Assembly (NCBI GenBank): GCA_044892505.1
Contig: CM097882.1
Coordinates: 324,198,001-324,262,000, forward strand
From: Schmidtea nova
Taxonomy: Eukaryota
Direction: 5' to 3'
DNA: 64,000 bases
The notes below the pieces were generated by a model, which was not told the origin of the DNA, ran no database searches, and saw only the letters and a program-made list of their open reading frames with translations. Each line of letters begins with the position of its first letter. Position 1 is the stretch's first letter. The translations under genes and the position numbers were made by a program. This document shows, piece after piece, positions 13,691-24,774 of the stretch.

Positions 13691-14002
13691 AATCGGGTGG
13701 CTACATTTTCCTTCTGTCTTATCACAGGGAGCATTCGAAACATAAGTTAAAATTATAAAGATTCGCGCATTCCACTGCCTACAAAATATTCGAATTCCCT
13801 CTTAGTTTTCCCCAGTGTCTAGTTGCATTTATACATTAAATAAAAGAAAATCAACAACCCATTTAACAAAGAAACGTTTTATTTAATTATCAAATACTAA
13901 AATTGTGTTAATGAATAGATATGTTGGCGATATATGTCGCTTTCATAGCTGGTCACTCAAAGTTTCATCCTTCGGGGATTTCTTGGCGCTTAGAGAAGCG
14001 AT

Positions 14003-14460
14003 TCATATCCCAGATTGGGCTTCCACAGTTGAACTTATATTCTTGATATCTTCCATGAATTTCCATTCTGAGTTTACGAGAGATTCTTCAGAGTCATCTA
14101 CGAGACTCCATAATATTCTTTGCCTTGGTGGACTGGGAGAGTCCAAAATGATGATCCCCATGTTTGAAAATTCTTGATAGGAAATATTACCATACGAAAT
14201 GATGGTGTCCACAACCCACTAGAGTGGGATTTGAACAATCCATAGAAGCTCGATCTTCATATATTTATCCTTCGGAGTCATGGGCTACCTGGGACTTTCG
14301 TTCCGCCAGATCCTGTCCGGTTTTCCATACCATATAAAGAACGGACATTTTTACTGGAGCTTTTGACGCCGCCGTCTCATTTCTGCGTCCACTTGTCGGA
14401 AAACATTTGGAGGGAGTTTTTTAAGAGGACCAAACACTCGTCTCCTTTGTGCATTTGCGG
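14003..14460 (-). pseudogene. ORF-X copy (three in-frame stops), unknown cassette family
   Basis: One frame from 14458: NAQRRRVFGPLKKLPPNVFR...RNESP...LWIVQIPL*WVVDTIISYGNISYQEFSNMGIIILDSP. Confidence 0.65.
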
Positions 14461-14640
14461 TATCTGATTTTTCTATTTGTTGAGAAGATCGGATGGTTAA
14501 TCCTTCCCGTATTTCAGGTTCTCAACAAATTAAGATTAATTGTTAATCAACAAATTAAGTTGCCGATAAATAACTCCATCAAGTAAAATAAACCTGTAAA
14601 TAAATTGTAGCAATTTTCCTTTTCAAATCAATGTATAAAT

Positions 14641-14868
14641 TTATAAACATGAGAACCAAAATGAAAAACAAAAAGAAATTAGGAATGTTGATGTGTCGGA
14701 TATGGCCGGACCTCTTCTGTATAGATGTTGCGAGTTGGACTGAGGAGAATATCTTTGTAATATCGAAGAGTTTATGGATTTGAACTGTAGGATCCATCTC
14801 GGCCTGCCATTTAGGTCACGGAGATCGAGGAACCAGTTAAGTATTAGGTGTCGGTTTGTTCTTCCCAT
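14641..14868 (-). pseudogene. Additional ORF-X fragment
   Basis: LNWFLDLRDLNGRPRWILQF versus RKWFLQLNDQYGTPHWILSF at 40.8 kb. Confidence 0.65.
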
Positions 14869-15807
14869 TTTCCCACATTAATTCATGCGACGTCACTAAT
14901 TTTAATTCCAAGAATACGATCATCAGATTTTCGAAAGATAAAAATAAACTCCATAATGATATTCTCCCTCAGAGTGACGACAATGATAAGTATTATTGTA
15001 GACAACTTGAGAATTTTCTAAATATATTCATTCGTACAAATAATTTCGTGACGACAATAAACCGGGTAGAAAAGTAAATAATTATCCGCTGCATTGTCCG
15101 AGTGGCCACTTCAACTATCAAGTAGAGTACAGTAGCGAGAAATCTCCTACCATCCAGGTGAAATCGAATTCATAAGTGTCATCGAGACGAGATCAAGTAG
15201 TGCCAGATTGTTTGCACGCGCACTTGAAAGGAGAGAATAATTGAATTTTCAGAGAGTACTGATTGAACAGGGTAAGAGACGGCTAATTGAGTGAGAATGG
15301 TCGAGTGCCCTCGACGGAGTAGAATGTCGAGAAAACATAATTGATTAATATTAAAATCTATAATCATGGTAATTGAATGGAGAAGCGGGTTATTAAGATA
15401 AGCAAATTTATTCCGAGTCGTCACATACAGAATGCGAATTGACAAATATTACTAAATTATAAGGAGTGACTGAAATTACAGGAGTTAAAAAATTTGAAAT
15501 AATGTCCAAAAATTTTTGACTCAGATTTGTAAAACGTGTAGTAATCCTAGTTACCCACCTTTTGATAAATCATGCATTAAATAACTTATATATAATTATT
15601 ATAGTATTTATAAATGGACCGAGTCAGTATTAGAGTGAACACAAACATCAACGAACAACATTTTGAGATGACCGAGCTCGATGGGATTGATAATGACTGG
15701 GTAATGGCTATACCCTTAAAAACGTCCCCACGGAATTGGCGAGGGAAATTCTAACAGAACATTAGGCAACATTCGAAGCAGCGGGAACTGTCCAGCCATT
15801 TAGTTTA

Positions 15808-16065
15808 TTGCGAGACAGTCCCGATATCATCGTTTGGCATGAGAGTAGCGCCTGGCCAATCGATGTCGACAAGGTATATCCCGCTGATCTTCCGAGCTAT
15901 TTTGTCGAGACATCCACCGAGATTCCAGGTCGGTATCGAATCCATTATCGAGGGACTATCCTAAATGAGGAGTTCTTGTGTTTGGGCAGATTTGTGTTCG
16001 GCCCTGTCCCACACGAGAGCATTATCGATTCTCCGCATAGCCCTTCATCCGACCAGGAGCTATGA
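15808..16065 (+). pseudogene. Probable C-terminal part of ORF-X
   Basis: IHYRGTILNEEFLCLG resembles VRMWGVFIYENHLCWN (40.6 kb) and lies upstream of an ORF-Y copy; similarity is weak. Confidence 0.4.
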
Positions 16066-16581
16066 CGAGAACTAATCCCAGCTAGCATCTAGACCTAATG
16101 TCCGATGAGGATTCCTAACAACATCCATGTGTAAAACAATTAAATAAATTATTTAGAAATGGTGTGCTTTTCGTTATATTGTTATTTGTGTTAGTTATAG
16201 TAATAATTTTGAAGTTATTTTAGCTGTAAATTTATTTGTGTTAGTTGCGGTAATTATCATGAGTTGCTCGGGTTGAAATGTTATTGGAGTTAATTACAGT
16301 AACCATCCTAAGTATTTTAGTCATGTTTCCTTTGGTAGATGACAAAGTGACAATCATTGGTAAAGTAGAGTGATATAGAGGATCGATAGAAATTACCACG
16401 AATAAGAGGCGATTTGAATTGAGTAAGGGTTGTTGGCTTTTTGGGAATTGAGAGGGTGAAAGATATTAGATGCGATGTTTAATTTATGTTTACTATAATA
16501 CCGAAAGCAAGACGACGGCCAGTAAGATTCTGATTGATTAAATTTTCTCTAGAAACTGCGATGTCCACAGAGAGAGAATAA

Positions 16582-16974
16582 GAAGGGAAATTAAAGAAGA
16601 GAATAGCCGAATTAGAGGACAGTTATTTCTCGCCAAGCGAGATGAAAGTGGTAAAAGGAAAACTAGGACGTGCCATATGGACGATAGAGAAGCAGCAGAT
16701 CGAGCTCAATGCGGCAAAGATTGAGATGAATAACTGCCGGCGCTTTGTCTCCAAGTCATGCATCACCCAACAATTGGAAACCCTTATCCAGCCGATAACG
16801 TTTGAGAAGTGGTTTCCCACCTTGGAACCAAGGAAAGACAGTACGACGGAGATAGTCGAACCTACCAAGGCGAAAGGAAAGAGACGGAGAAAAACCCATG
16901 CTCAGTGGAGACATAAACTGAGACAGAAGCTAGCAACGGAGTTGGATAAAATACCCGCAGATTCAAATCAATGA
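16582..16974 (+). CDS. ORF-Y copy (open frame, first ATG 16642), unknown cassette family
   Basis: EGKLKKRIAELEDSYFSPSEMK...ELNAAKIEMNNCRRFVSKSCITQQLETLIQPITFEKW...KGKRRRK. Confidence 0.65.
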   Translation, partial: EGKLKKRIAELEDSYFSPSEMKVVKGKLGRAIWTIEKQQIELNAAKIEMNNCRRFVSKSCITQQLETLIQPITFEKWFPTLEPRKDSTTEIVEPTKAKGKRRRKTHAQWRHKLRQKLATELDKIPADSNQ

Positions 16975-17079
16975 ACGGGGAGTATTAGTGTAATTCACGG
17001 GTGCATAGACAGTAAAAGTTTTATGTGTATTGTAGCCCTAGAAAGTAGAGCGAGTAAAGGTTTAAGTTGTCGTAAACTT

Positions 17080-17273
17080 AAGTAGATAGGGAAAACCGTA
17101 AAATAAGAAATAGATCAAATTTTTGAAAACTACAATACACCAACACAAGTAACGATCTGACAGATGAGCAAAAACAAGAATTTACTGCACTATTAAAGAG
17201 ATATAAATGTGTTCGCGAAACATGAATACGATTTGAAATTCTGAAAAAGTATATATTATCACTACGATTATTA

Positions 17274-17316
<43 letters not shown>

Positions 17317-17660
17317 CATCATCATTGTTATTGTTGTTGCTGTTGCTATGGTGAAATGAAAATAAAATCAAAATTACAAAACAAAATCAAAAATAATTTC
17401 TTACCAAAAAACTAATATTGTTATTGTTGTTGTTGCTAGGTTGGAATGAATATAAAATATATAAAATAAAATCAAGTAGATAGGGAAAACCGTAAGATAA
17501 AAAATAGATCAAATTCTTGAAAACTACAATACACCAACACAAGTAACGATCTGACAGATGAGCAAAAACAAGAATTTACTGCACTATTAAAGAGATATAA
17601 ATGTGTTCGCGAAACATGAATACGATTTGAAATTCTGAAAAAGTATTTATTATCACTACG

Positions 17661-17692
<32 letters not shown>

Positions 17693-17853
17693 CATCATCA
17701 TCATCATCATCATTGTTGTTGTTGTTGATATGGTGGAATGAAAATAAAATCAAAATTACAAAACAAAATCAAAAATAATTTCTTACCAAAAAAATAATAT
17801 TGTTATTTTTGTTGTTGCTAGGTTGGAATGAATATAAAATATATAAAATAAAA
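17080..17853. repeat. Tandem duplication (394 bp period) containing a Gypsy pol linker fragment and an ATT/ATC microsatellite
   Basis: AAGTAGATAGGGAAAACCGTAA at 17080 and 17474. Each unit encodes NDLTDEQKQEFTALLKRYK / VFAKHEYDL, typical of the protease-RT linker. Confidence 0.8.
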
Positions 17854-20036
17854 TCAAAATCACAAAACAAAAATCAAAAATTATTTCTTACCAAAAAAAT
17901 AAATAACAAAATAATGAAATTAAGAAGGAAAAAATGCCTTTTATAGCTGCGCTGCAGCAAATCTCATTAGTGAGATTGGGAAAATAATTTGCATAATTAT
18001 CTCCAAAAAAATAATTTCAAAATCAACAGTGTGTACAATGAGCAAATAGAATTCAAATAAATAGAATTCAAAAAAATTATTTGAATTAAATTTTTAACGA
18101 AAATGGATTTGAATCCAATTAAAAAAAGAAATATTAAAAATATTAATGAAAAAGAAATATGCAATTATAAAATAAATTGTGAAAAGAAAATTTTTTTCAC
18201 TGAATTAGTAAATGCTGAAAACAATATTCTGAATAATATTTCTATTTCAATTAAATGGACAGTGAAAAAAATATTCAAAACAAACTGTTTATTTTGTTCC
18301 AAACTACTTCACCTGTTTTCATACAATAAATTAATATTTGTAGACAAAATTGAACAAAAAACATATAAAAGGTAAATAAATTACTTACATCTGAAAGGTT
18401 TTAGGATATAATGAAAGCTTTCAAAACAATTGTATACTGTCGAAATTTTTAAAAAATTGATTATATCTTTACAATTTAGCAGGGTTAATTGTATTTAGTC
18501 GGACAGCGGAAATAATTGCGGTAATTATTGGCACAAAATGATATTAAATCATTCAATAATGAGTAATGTTTGCCTAATGCAGTCATAATTTTTCGATTCA
18601 GAAATAAATTTTACCATTTGATTAACTTTTTTTGCAATATTTCCCTCGATTTAAATCTGCATTTATTGTTTGTTAACTAACATAATGTTTGTTACAATTT
18701 ACCTATAAAATATATGATATAATATAAAAAATCAACACTTAATTACTGTTTAAATAACTTTTTAATATTATTTTTAAAATTTCAAAATCAGTAATGTAAG
18801 ATTGGAAATGCTTTTGAGAAAACGAGAATAGAAGATCTGATATAGGAAAAATGGAAACAGTTTAACATATCGCGGTTTCCAGGTGAAATCTGGTAAAACA
18901 GCAACGCTAAACATTAACTAAATCAAATTTTTTTCTTTAAAACTGTCAAATGTTTGTCTATTACATTTTTTAATTTTTGTTGCTGTTCTCTTGCTGATTT
19001 GCTATTTTCACAGTCGCTTTTTTGCGCAATTCTAATTTCTATTTGTTAGATGTTACTAGAAAATATTCTAGATTATATTCATTGGATGTTATAAATAAAA
19101 ATTATTAATGCCACAATATTGTTGAATTTTTTAACAAACTTTTGTAACGAATTTTCAACTTTGAACCTAATATTTTTTTATTTAAATTTTCAAAAGAATT
19201 TAATAATTATTAATTGACATTAATTTTACATTTAAAAATATAAAATATATTTTAAAATTTACTACTTTGCATTATAACATTACATATTTAAATTTAAAGA
19301 CTCTAAAATTTTAATATTTTACAATTACTTAATATTAAAAACTTATTTATGATTTTAACAATTTAATTTTATAATATTTCAATAAAATATTTAATTATGA
19401 ACTGAAAACACCTTACACTATTATCCAAGAAATAACAACAACAACTACACTGAAGACGACACTAGGCAGTGTTGCAAACATCAAAGCCATATACGCATAC
19501 GCTTCAAAACTTGATACATAAGCATGTCATGTCATATTGCTTAAACAGTTGAATTATAACCAAAACAAAACAGCCAACTTTATTTTGTATCAAATTTGAT
19601 AATTTCACTCGGAATCTTTTTTCTGGACTAATTATTTGAAGATAGTTCTTCTTGCTTGTTTTTTTTTTATTTTTTTGCTTTTATTTTTTTACATAATTAT
19701 TTAGATTATACCTCTTTTGGTCTGCATGATAATCTTCAGTTAAAACAGACATATCTAACTATATCGCGATTATCAAGCACATCTTTTTGATTCTCACCAT
19801 CAATTATTGTGTTATAATACGTAATAAAAACATAATATATCTTGAAATGGATGTATAACCAGAAACATTGACATTGTGAGCGATTTTGATAATTTCTAAA
19901 TGATTATTAAAACTATTTTCCCAATTTTATACTTAATAAACATCCTAATTGATTGAACACAATGAAAATGGTTCAGTTTTTAATGTTAAAGTGTTGCGTA
20001 TTCAAAGTTTTGTAAATATTTAATGATTATCAATAG

Positions 20037-20568
20037 GGTATTGGTTGACGAATTAGCTGGCTGGAAAGAGCAATTCTCAATTCGATATAAAGAGTCACTT
20101 AATGCTATTCATGGATTATTAGAAGAACGTCAAATTATGAGAAGATTGCTAGCTATACTTAGAAGTGAGCTGTTATTGATTTTAGCTCATTTAAATTGCA
20201 AACCAACATCGGATATTTCAATGGACACTCTTAATTTAACTCACGCCAACATAAAGCTTTTGAAAACCATTAAAACAATGCTGTGTAATGGAAGTGTTTG
20301 GAATAACAAAATAACGTATGAAGATAAATTTATGAAAGATTTCAAAGATTTTACGAAGGGAGAAGAGCTTGCTCTAGAGGTAAATACTAAAATGACTCAT
20401 TTGTTTCCCATTATATAAGACGTATAGGTCATGACTAACCAACCAAACCAGTATGCCGATAATACTGCTAGAATTACCACCTCTTTTTTATCACAAAACT
20501 CTCAATTTATGGAGAAAATTGCAAACAAAATTTGCAAAAATTGTAAAGGTGATATCTTTATTATTTGA
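20037..20568 (+). CDS. BLZF1: Golgin-45 (BLZF1-like), last two exons: 20037-20379 and 20428-20568
   Basis: VLVDELAGWK...AIHGLLEERQIMRR...TLNLTHANIKL...TKGEELALE|VMT...CKNCKGDIFII* parallels golgin-45 (VMADEL...AIQDLLSEREQFRQ...TAELALTNHKL...TPAEKMAETVL...CNHCRGELIAL*). The 48 bp GT-AG intron 20380-20427 splices in frame. 5' exons not located. Confidence 0.7.
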
Positions 20569-20783
20569 TGTGATATTTTTTTTCTATTGGGCATTTTGTT
20601 TACGACTAAATCAAAAAGGTATTTGTTTTTTTCATTTAATGGTATTTGTCGAAATATTGCAATTATTATTATATTTCTTTTTATGCATTTTCCTGTGACT
20701 GTTTTATGGATTATTTTACTGTACCTTTTTTAATATGATTTTAAAATTTTGTTTTTATTTCTCTGAATTACTTAATAGTAATC

Positions 20784-20786
<3 letters not shown>

Positions 20787-20851
<65 letters not shown>
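20787..20851. repeat. (AT)n microsatellite
   Basis: Direct reading. Confidence 0.95.
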
Positions 20852-20856
<5 letters not shown>

Positions 20857-21017
20857 TATTGGGCAAAATATGTATCCAATAATTTGGAAGCGAGAGCCAG
20901 CATAGCATGTAGAGACCATGCAAGAAGTATGCTTAAATATCTCATAAACGCCAAATAAACAAAAATAATTAGAAACACAGAAAAATAATTAATTAAAACA
21001 AAAATTAAATTGAACAA

Positions 21018-21342
21018 TATTAGCAGCAACGATATCAAAATCATTTTCGGTATCCATTAAATAAATAAAATCAACTACAAAATTTATTAAATTTGAAAAC
21101 TACACTCTTTTCTAGTAATATATAAACAAAAACTTGAAGGCTATTCTTCTTTAATTCTGATGTTGATTTAAATGCTGGCTAATTTAAATGCTGGCTAATT
21201 TTTAAATAAGAAATAACATATATTTTAAGGTTAATTTAATTAATTAATTTAAGATGTTTAAATAAAAATTTATGATATCTGACAAAATACAATTTAAATG
21301 TTTATTAGCAATTTTAATTTAAACGTGAATTCTACCCTTTCA
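21018..21342 (-). repeat. 3' LTR of Gypsy element 1
   Basis: Direct repeat of 25763-26087. Confidence 0.95.
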
Positions 21343-24300
21343 TCCCCCTTCTTTAAATTCTTTAATCTTTTCAATATTCCTGATTAAAGACTTTCCACAT
21401 TTATCTCTCAGCATATAACTACGATCGTGTATTCGTTTTGTTACCGTGTATGGTCCTTCATACCTATCTTGATCCTTGTTTCGTATTTCTCGTTTGATTA
21501 ACACTTTGTCTCCCACTTCAAACTTCCTTGCAGTTGTTGTTTCGTCATTTAGTCTTTTACTTTCAATTTTCAATGCTATTTCTTTTCTGTTGATTCTACT
21601 ATCACTATACCATTTCGATCTATCAATTCTCCTACCAAAAACAATTTCAGCTGGACTTACTCCCGTTGTTTTTTGGATTGTCGCGTTGAGTGTATATTCT
21701 ATATCTGGAATAAGATCTGCCCAGTCTTTTGCATTTCCGTCTTTCAGCGATGCATTAATAAAATCTCTTATTGTCCGGAATTGTCTTTCGATTATACCAT
21801 TCGTATTATGATGATATGGACTCGAATACACTATTTCGATCCCTGATTTCTTGCTTATATTCTTTATGCTATTCGCTTCGAATGTTTTCCCGCAATCTAC
21901 ATGTAGTTCCTTGGGTGCCCCAAATTTTAGAATCCAATTGTTTAACAATATCTTCCCAATTGTCTCTTCATCCTGTTTATTTATTGCTGTTAGCGAAATG
22001 TATTTACTGTAATGGTCGATTATTGCGCAAATGTATCTTTTCCTGTTAAATGTTTCTTTCATTGGGCCACAGATATCCATATATATTTTCTCGAAAGGTT
22101 CTGATGCTTCAAGTACTTTTGATTTCTCTTTCATCTTTGTAGTTACAACTTTAACTTTTTGGCACGATTCGCAGTTTGATATTGCTGTTTTTACCTCATT
22201 TATTAAATCTCTCATATCAAAATTGTTTTGGATGTATTTGATAACTTTATCAACTCCGGCATGACATAATAATAAATGTGTTTTCTCAATCATTTCTATT
22301 CTTTTACTTTCTGGTATCCATATTCTTTTTTCTTTGGTGTAAATAATGTTATCTTCTATTATAAACCTTTTACTTGGTTGAGTTCTTATTTTATTTTTAA
22401 TGTCCTCTATTTCTTCACTATTTCTTTGCCATTCTTCTCCTTTCCCTTCAGTCATTATACTTAACAATCTGGTTTTCATTCTTCCCATTTTAGGATTATC
22501 GTGATCCATAAGGCATTGTACACATGTGCCACACGTTTTCCTCGATAACATGTCTGCGTTAGCATGTAATGTACCTTTTCTAAATTCCATTTTTATATCA
22601 AGGCTGCTTAAATAGTTTATCCGCGTCTGGAATTGAGCTGTAATTGGCTTCTTTGTTGTTAGCATAAACGTTATCGCCTTATGATCTGTACGTAGTGTGA
22701 ATCTTTTCCCATATAAATAGTGGTTGAAATGTCGACAAAAATAGTATATAGCCAGAAGTTCTTTTCTTGTAATACAATAACCTCTTTCATGGTCATTCAT
22801 CGCATGTGATCCATATGCGATAACTTGCTCATATCCCATGTCATCCTTCTGTGATAAGACTGCGCCAATCGTATCAAAACTTGCGTCCGTATCCAATATG
22901 AATTCTTTCTTAAAATCCGGAAATACCAAGATCGGTGCGGTTATTAATGCCAACTTCATATTCTCGAAAGCCTGCTCACAATTTTCATTCCATATTATTT
23001 TGTCGCTATTTTTACCACATATACTCTCTAAAGCTCTTGACTTTTTTGCGTAGTCTTTAATAAACCTTCGATAATAGTTGCAGATGCCCAAGAAACTTCT
23101 TAAATTTTTCACACATTTTGGCCTTTGGAATGATTGAATAGCTTCAATTTTGCTTTGATCAGTTTGAATGCCGCCTTTATTTATAATATGGCCTAAGAAT
23201 TTCACTTCACTTTTCAGTATTTGACATTTTTCTGGGTTAATTCTTAGTTTAGCATCCGCAATTTTCTGCAATACTCTTTCCAGCAGTTTATAGTGTTCTT
23301 CCATTGTATTCGTAAAAATTAATATATCGTCCAAATAAACCATTACTCCGTCTTTCCATAAATCCTTTAATATCTTCGTCATGAGCTCTTGAAAAGTGCC
23401 TGGTGCTGCTGCGATGCCAAATGGCATTCGATTAAAACAGAATTGTCCCTCTTTCGTTGAAAAAGCTGTTTTCTCCTGTGATTCTTTATCCAATTTTACC
23501 TGATAGTATGCGTTTCCAAGGTCAATGGAACTAAAATATCTAGTTCCATGCAAAGCATCTAAGATCTCGTCGACATTTGGCATCGGGAACGCTTGCCTTT
23601 CAGTAATTTTGTTAAGTTGTCTAAAGTCCAAACAAAGTCTGATATCCTTCTTTTCTTTTTTCCATACGCACACTAAGGGGGTGTTCCAAGGTGAATTACA
23701 CTTCCTTATAATATTATTATCCTCCAGATTTTTAATGGCCATGTTTATTTTCTCTTCCAAGTTTATAGGCTGCCTTCTTGGCTTTATCATTATTGGTCCA
23801 CCAGTTGTTTCAATTTTATGCTCAATTAAATCAGTGCATCCAATATCCCACTTGTCAGCCATAAAAACACATTTATTTCTCTTGATAATTTCTAAAAGAA
23901 ATTTATCTTCTTTTACTTTCAACTTCTCTATTGCATATTGGAATCTTTCTTCATTTGTAATATTCCTCCCAAATTTAGCATCAATTTCACATATACGTTC
24001 GTTAAATATTATTTCATCTTCTTGAATCCATCTTAATTCAATACCGAATTGTTTCTGTAATTCTACACCTCCAATAACATCTGGGACAATGTTTTGGACT
24101 ACAGTAAAGGTCACTATTTTTGTTAGTTTCCCTATCTTTACATCAATTTGAATTTTACCGATAGTCTCCAATTTACTGTCATTTGCACACCTTAGCATTT
24201 CATCTGTTTTTATTATCTCGACTTTGTCCAGTTTATCCAGTACCGCTTTAGACATAACATTAATTCGCGCTCCTGTATCTAACAGACACTCAATTCCACG

Positions 24301-24774
24301 GCCCTGAATTTCAAGTGTTATACTTGGTCTACCTTGCATTTTATGATAATTCATACGAGGTCTTCTCCATTCGTCTTTTGTAAATATATTTTGTTCCACT
24401 TTATTCTTTATACTATCGGAAATTTCATTAATCCACATAATCTTATCTTTATTCATATCAAATGTCTTTTTTAGGAATCTATATACTTTTTCTCCAGTTC
24501 CTTCATCGCTACACGTTATTTTTCTATTTTCATTTTTCTGATCTGTACTGCCACTTTTATAAACATTAAAATTAGTTTTATTATCAGTATTATTACGTAA
24601 ATCTTTACTAACAAAATTAAAATTATTTAAATTATTTAAATTATTTACATTATTCAAATTATTTACATTATTCAAATTATTTAAATTATTATAACCAGCA
24701 TTTTCATCAAAATCAAAATTACCTAATAAATTGCTCCGATCATCGCCTCCTGTGATGGAGCTTCCTCGTTTGGG
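21340..24774 (-). CDS. pol: Pol (protease, RT, RNase H, integrase), in the -1 frame relative to gag
   Basis: LLDTGA protease, YLDD RT, DTDAS...ELLA RNase H, H-H-CC plus D/D/E and GPY integrase. Frame open from just after a TGA at about 24805; the track start at 24675 is a TTG. Confidence 0.95.
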   Translation of the reverse strand, partial: PKRGSSITGGDDRSNLLGNFDFDENAGYNNLNNLNNVNNLNNVNNLNNLNNFNFVSKDLRNNTDNKTNFNVYKSGSTDQKNENRKITCSDEGTGEKVYRFLKKTFDMNKDKIMWINEISDSIKNKVEQNIFTKDEWRRPRMNYHKMQGRPSITLEIQGRGIECLLDTGARINVMSKAVLDKLDKVEIIKTDEMLRCANDSKLETIGKIQIDVKIGKLTKIVTFTVVQNIVPDVIGGVELQKQFGIELRWIQEDEIIFNERICEIDAKFGRNITNEERFQYAIEKLKVKEDKFLLEIIKRNKCVFMADKWDIGCTDLIEHKIETTGGPIMIKPRRQPINLEEKINMAIKNLEDNNIIRKCNSPWNTPLVCVWKKEKKDIRLCLDFRQLNKITERQAFPMPNVDEILDALHGTRYFSSIDLGNAYYQVKLDKESQEKTAFSTKEGQFCFNRMPFGIAAAPGTFQELMTKILKDLWKDGVMVYLDDILIFTNTMEEHYKLLERVLQKIADAKLRINPEKCQILKSEVKFLGHIINKGGIQTDQSKIEAIQSFQRPKCVKNLRSFLGICNYYRRFIKDYAKKSRALESICGKNSDKIIWNENCEQAFENMKLALITAPILVFPDFKKEFILDTDASFDTIGAVLSQKDDMGYEQVIAYGSHAMNDHERGYCITRKELLAIYYFCRHFNHYLYGKRFTLRTDHKAITFMLTTKKPITAQFQTRINYLSSLDIKMEFRKGTLHANADMLSRKTCGTCVQCLMDHDNPKMGRMKTRLLSIMTEGKGEEWQRNSEEIEDIKNKIRTQPSKRFIIEDNIIYTKEKRIWIPESKRIEMIEKTHLLLCHAGVDKVIKYIQNNFDMRDLINEVKTAISNCESCQKVKVVTTKMKEKSKVLEASEPFEKIYMDICGPMKETFNRKRYICAIIDHYSKYISLTAINKQDEETIGKILLNNWILKFGAPKELHVDCGKTFEANSIKNISKKSGIEIVYSSPYHHNTNGIIERQFRTIRDFINASLKDGNAKDWADLIPDIEYTLNATIQKTTGVSPAEIVFGRRIDRSKWYSDSRINRKEIALKIESKRLNDETTTARKFEVGDKVLIKREIRNKDQDRYEGPYTVTKRIHDRSYMLRDKCGKSLIRNIEKIKEFKEGG

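Noticed and set aside
15179-15445. Divergent third cassette gene homologous to 28.2 and 41.4 kb
   Set aside because: Only faint similarity (YLN..., IILS); not distinguishable from chance by eye
17078-17753. Duplicated Asn-rich ORFs on the minus strand
   Set aside because: Produced by ATT/ATC microsatellites; the informative frame is the Gypsy fragment on the plus strand
18103-18375. Upstream golgin-45 exon (ends AAAAG|GTAAAT with compatible phase)
   Set aside because: No peptide similarity to golgin-45; low-complexity AT-rich ORF
18480-19760. Short-intron gene on the minus strand
   Set aside because: Some GT-AG-bounded open segments, but I could not assemble a consistent or recognisable protein
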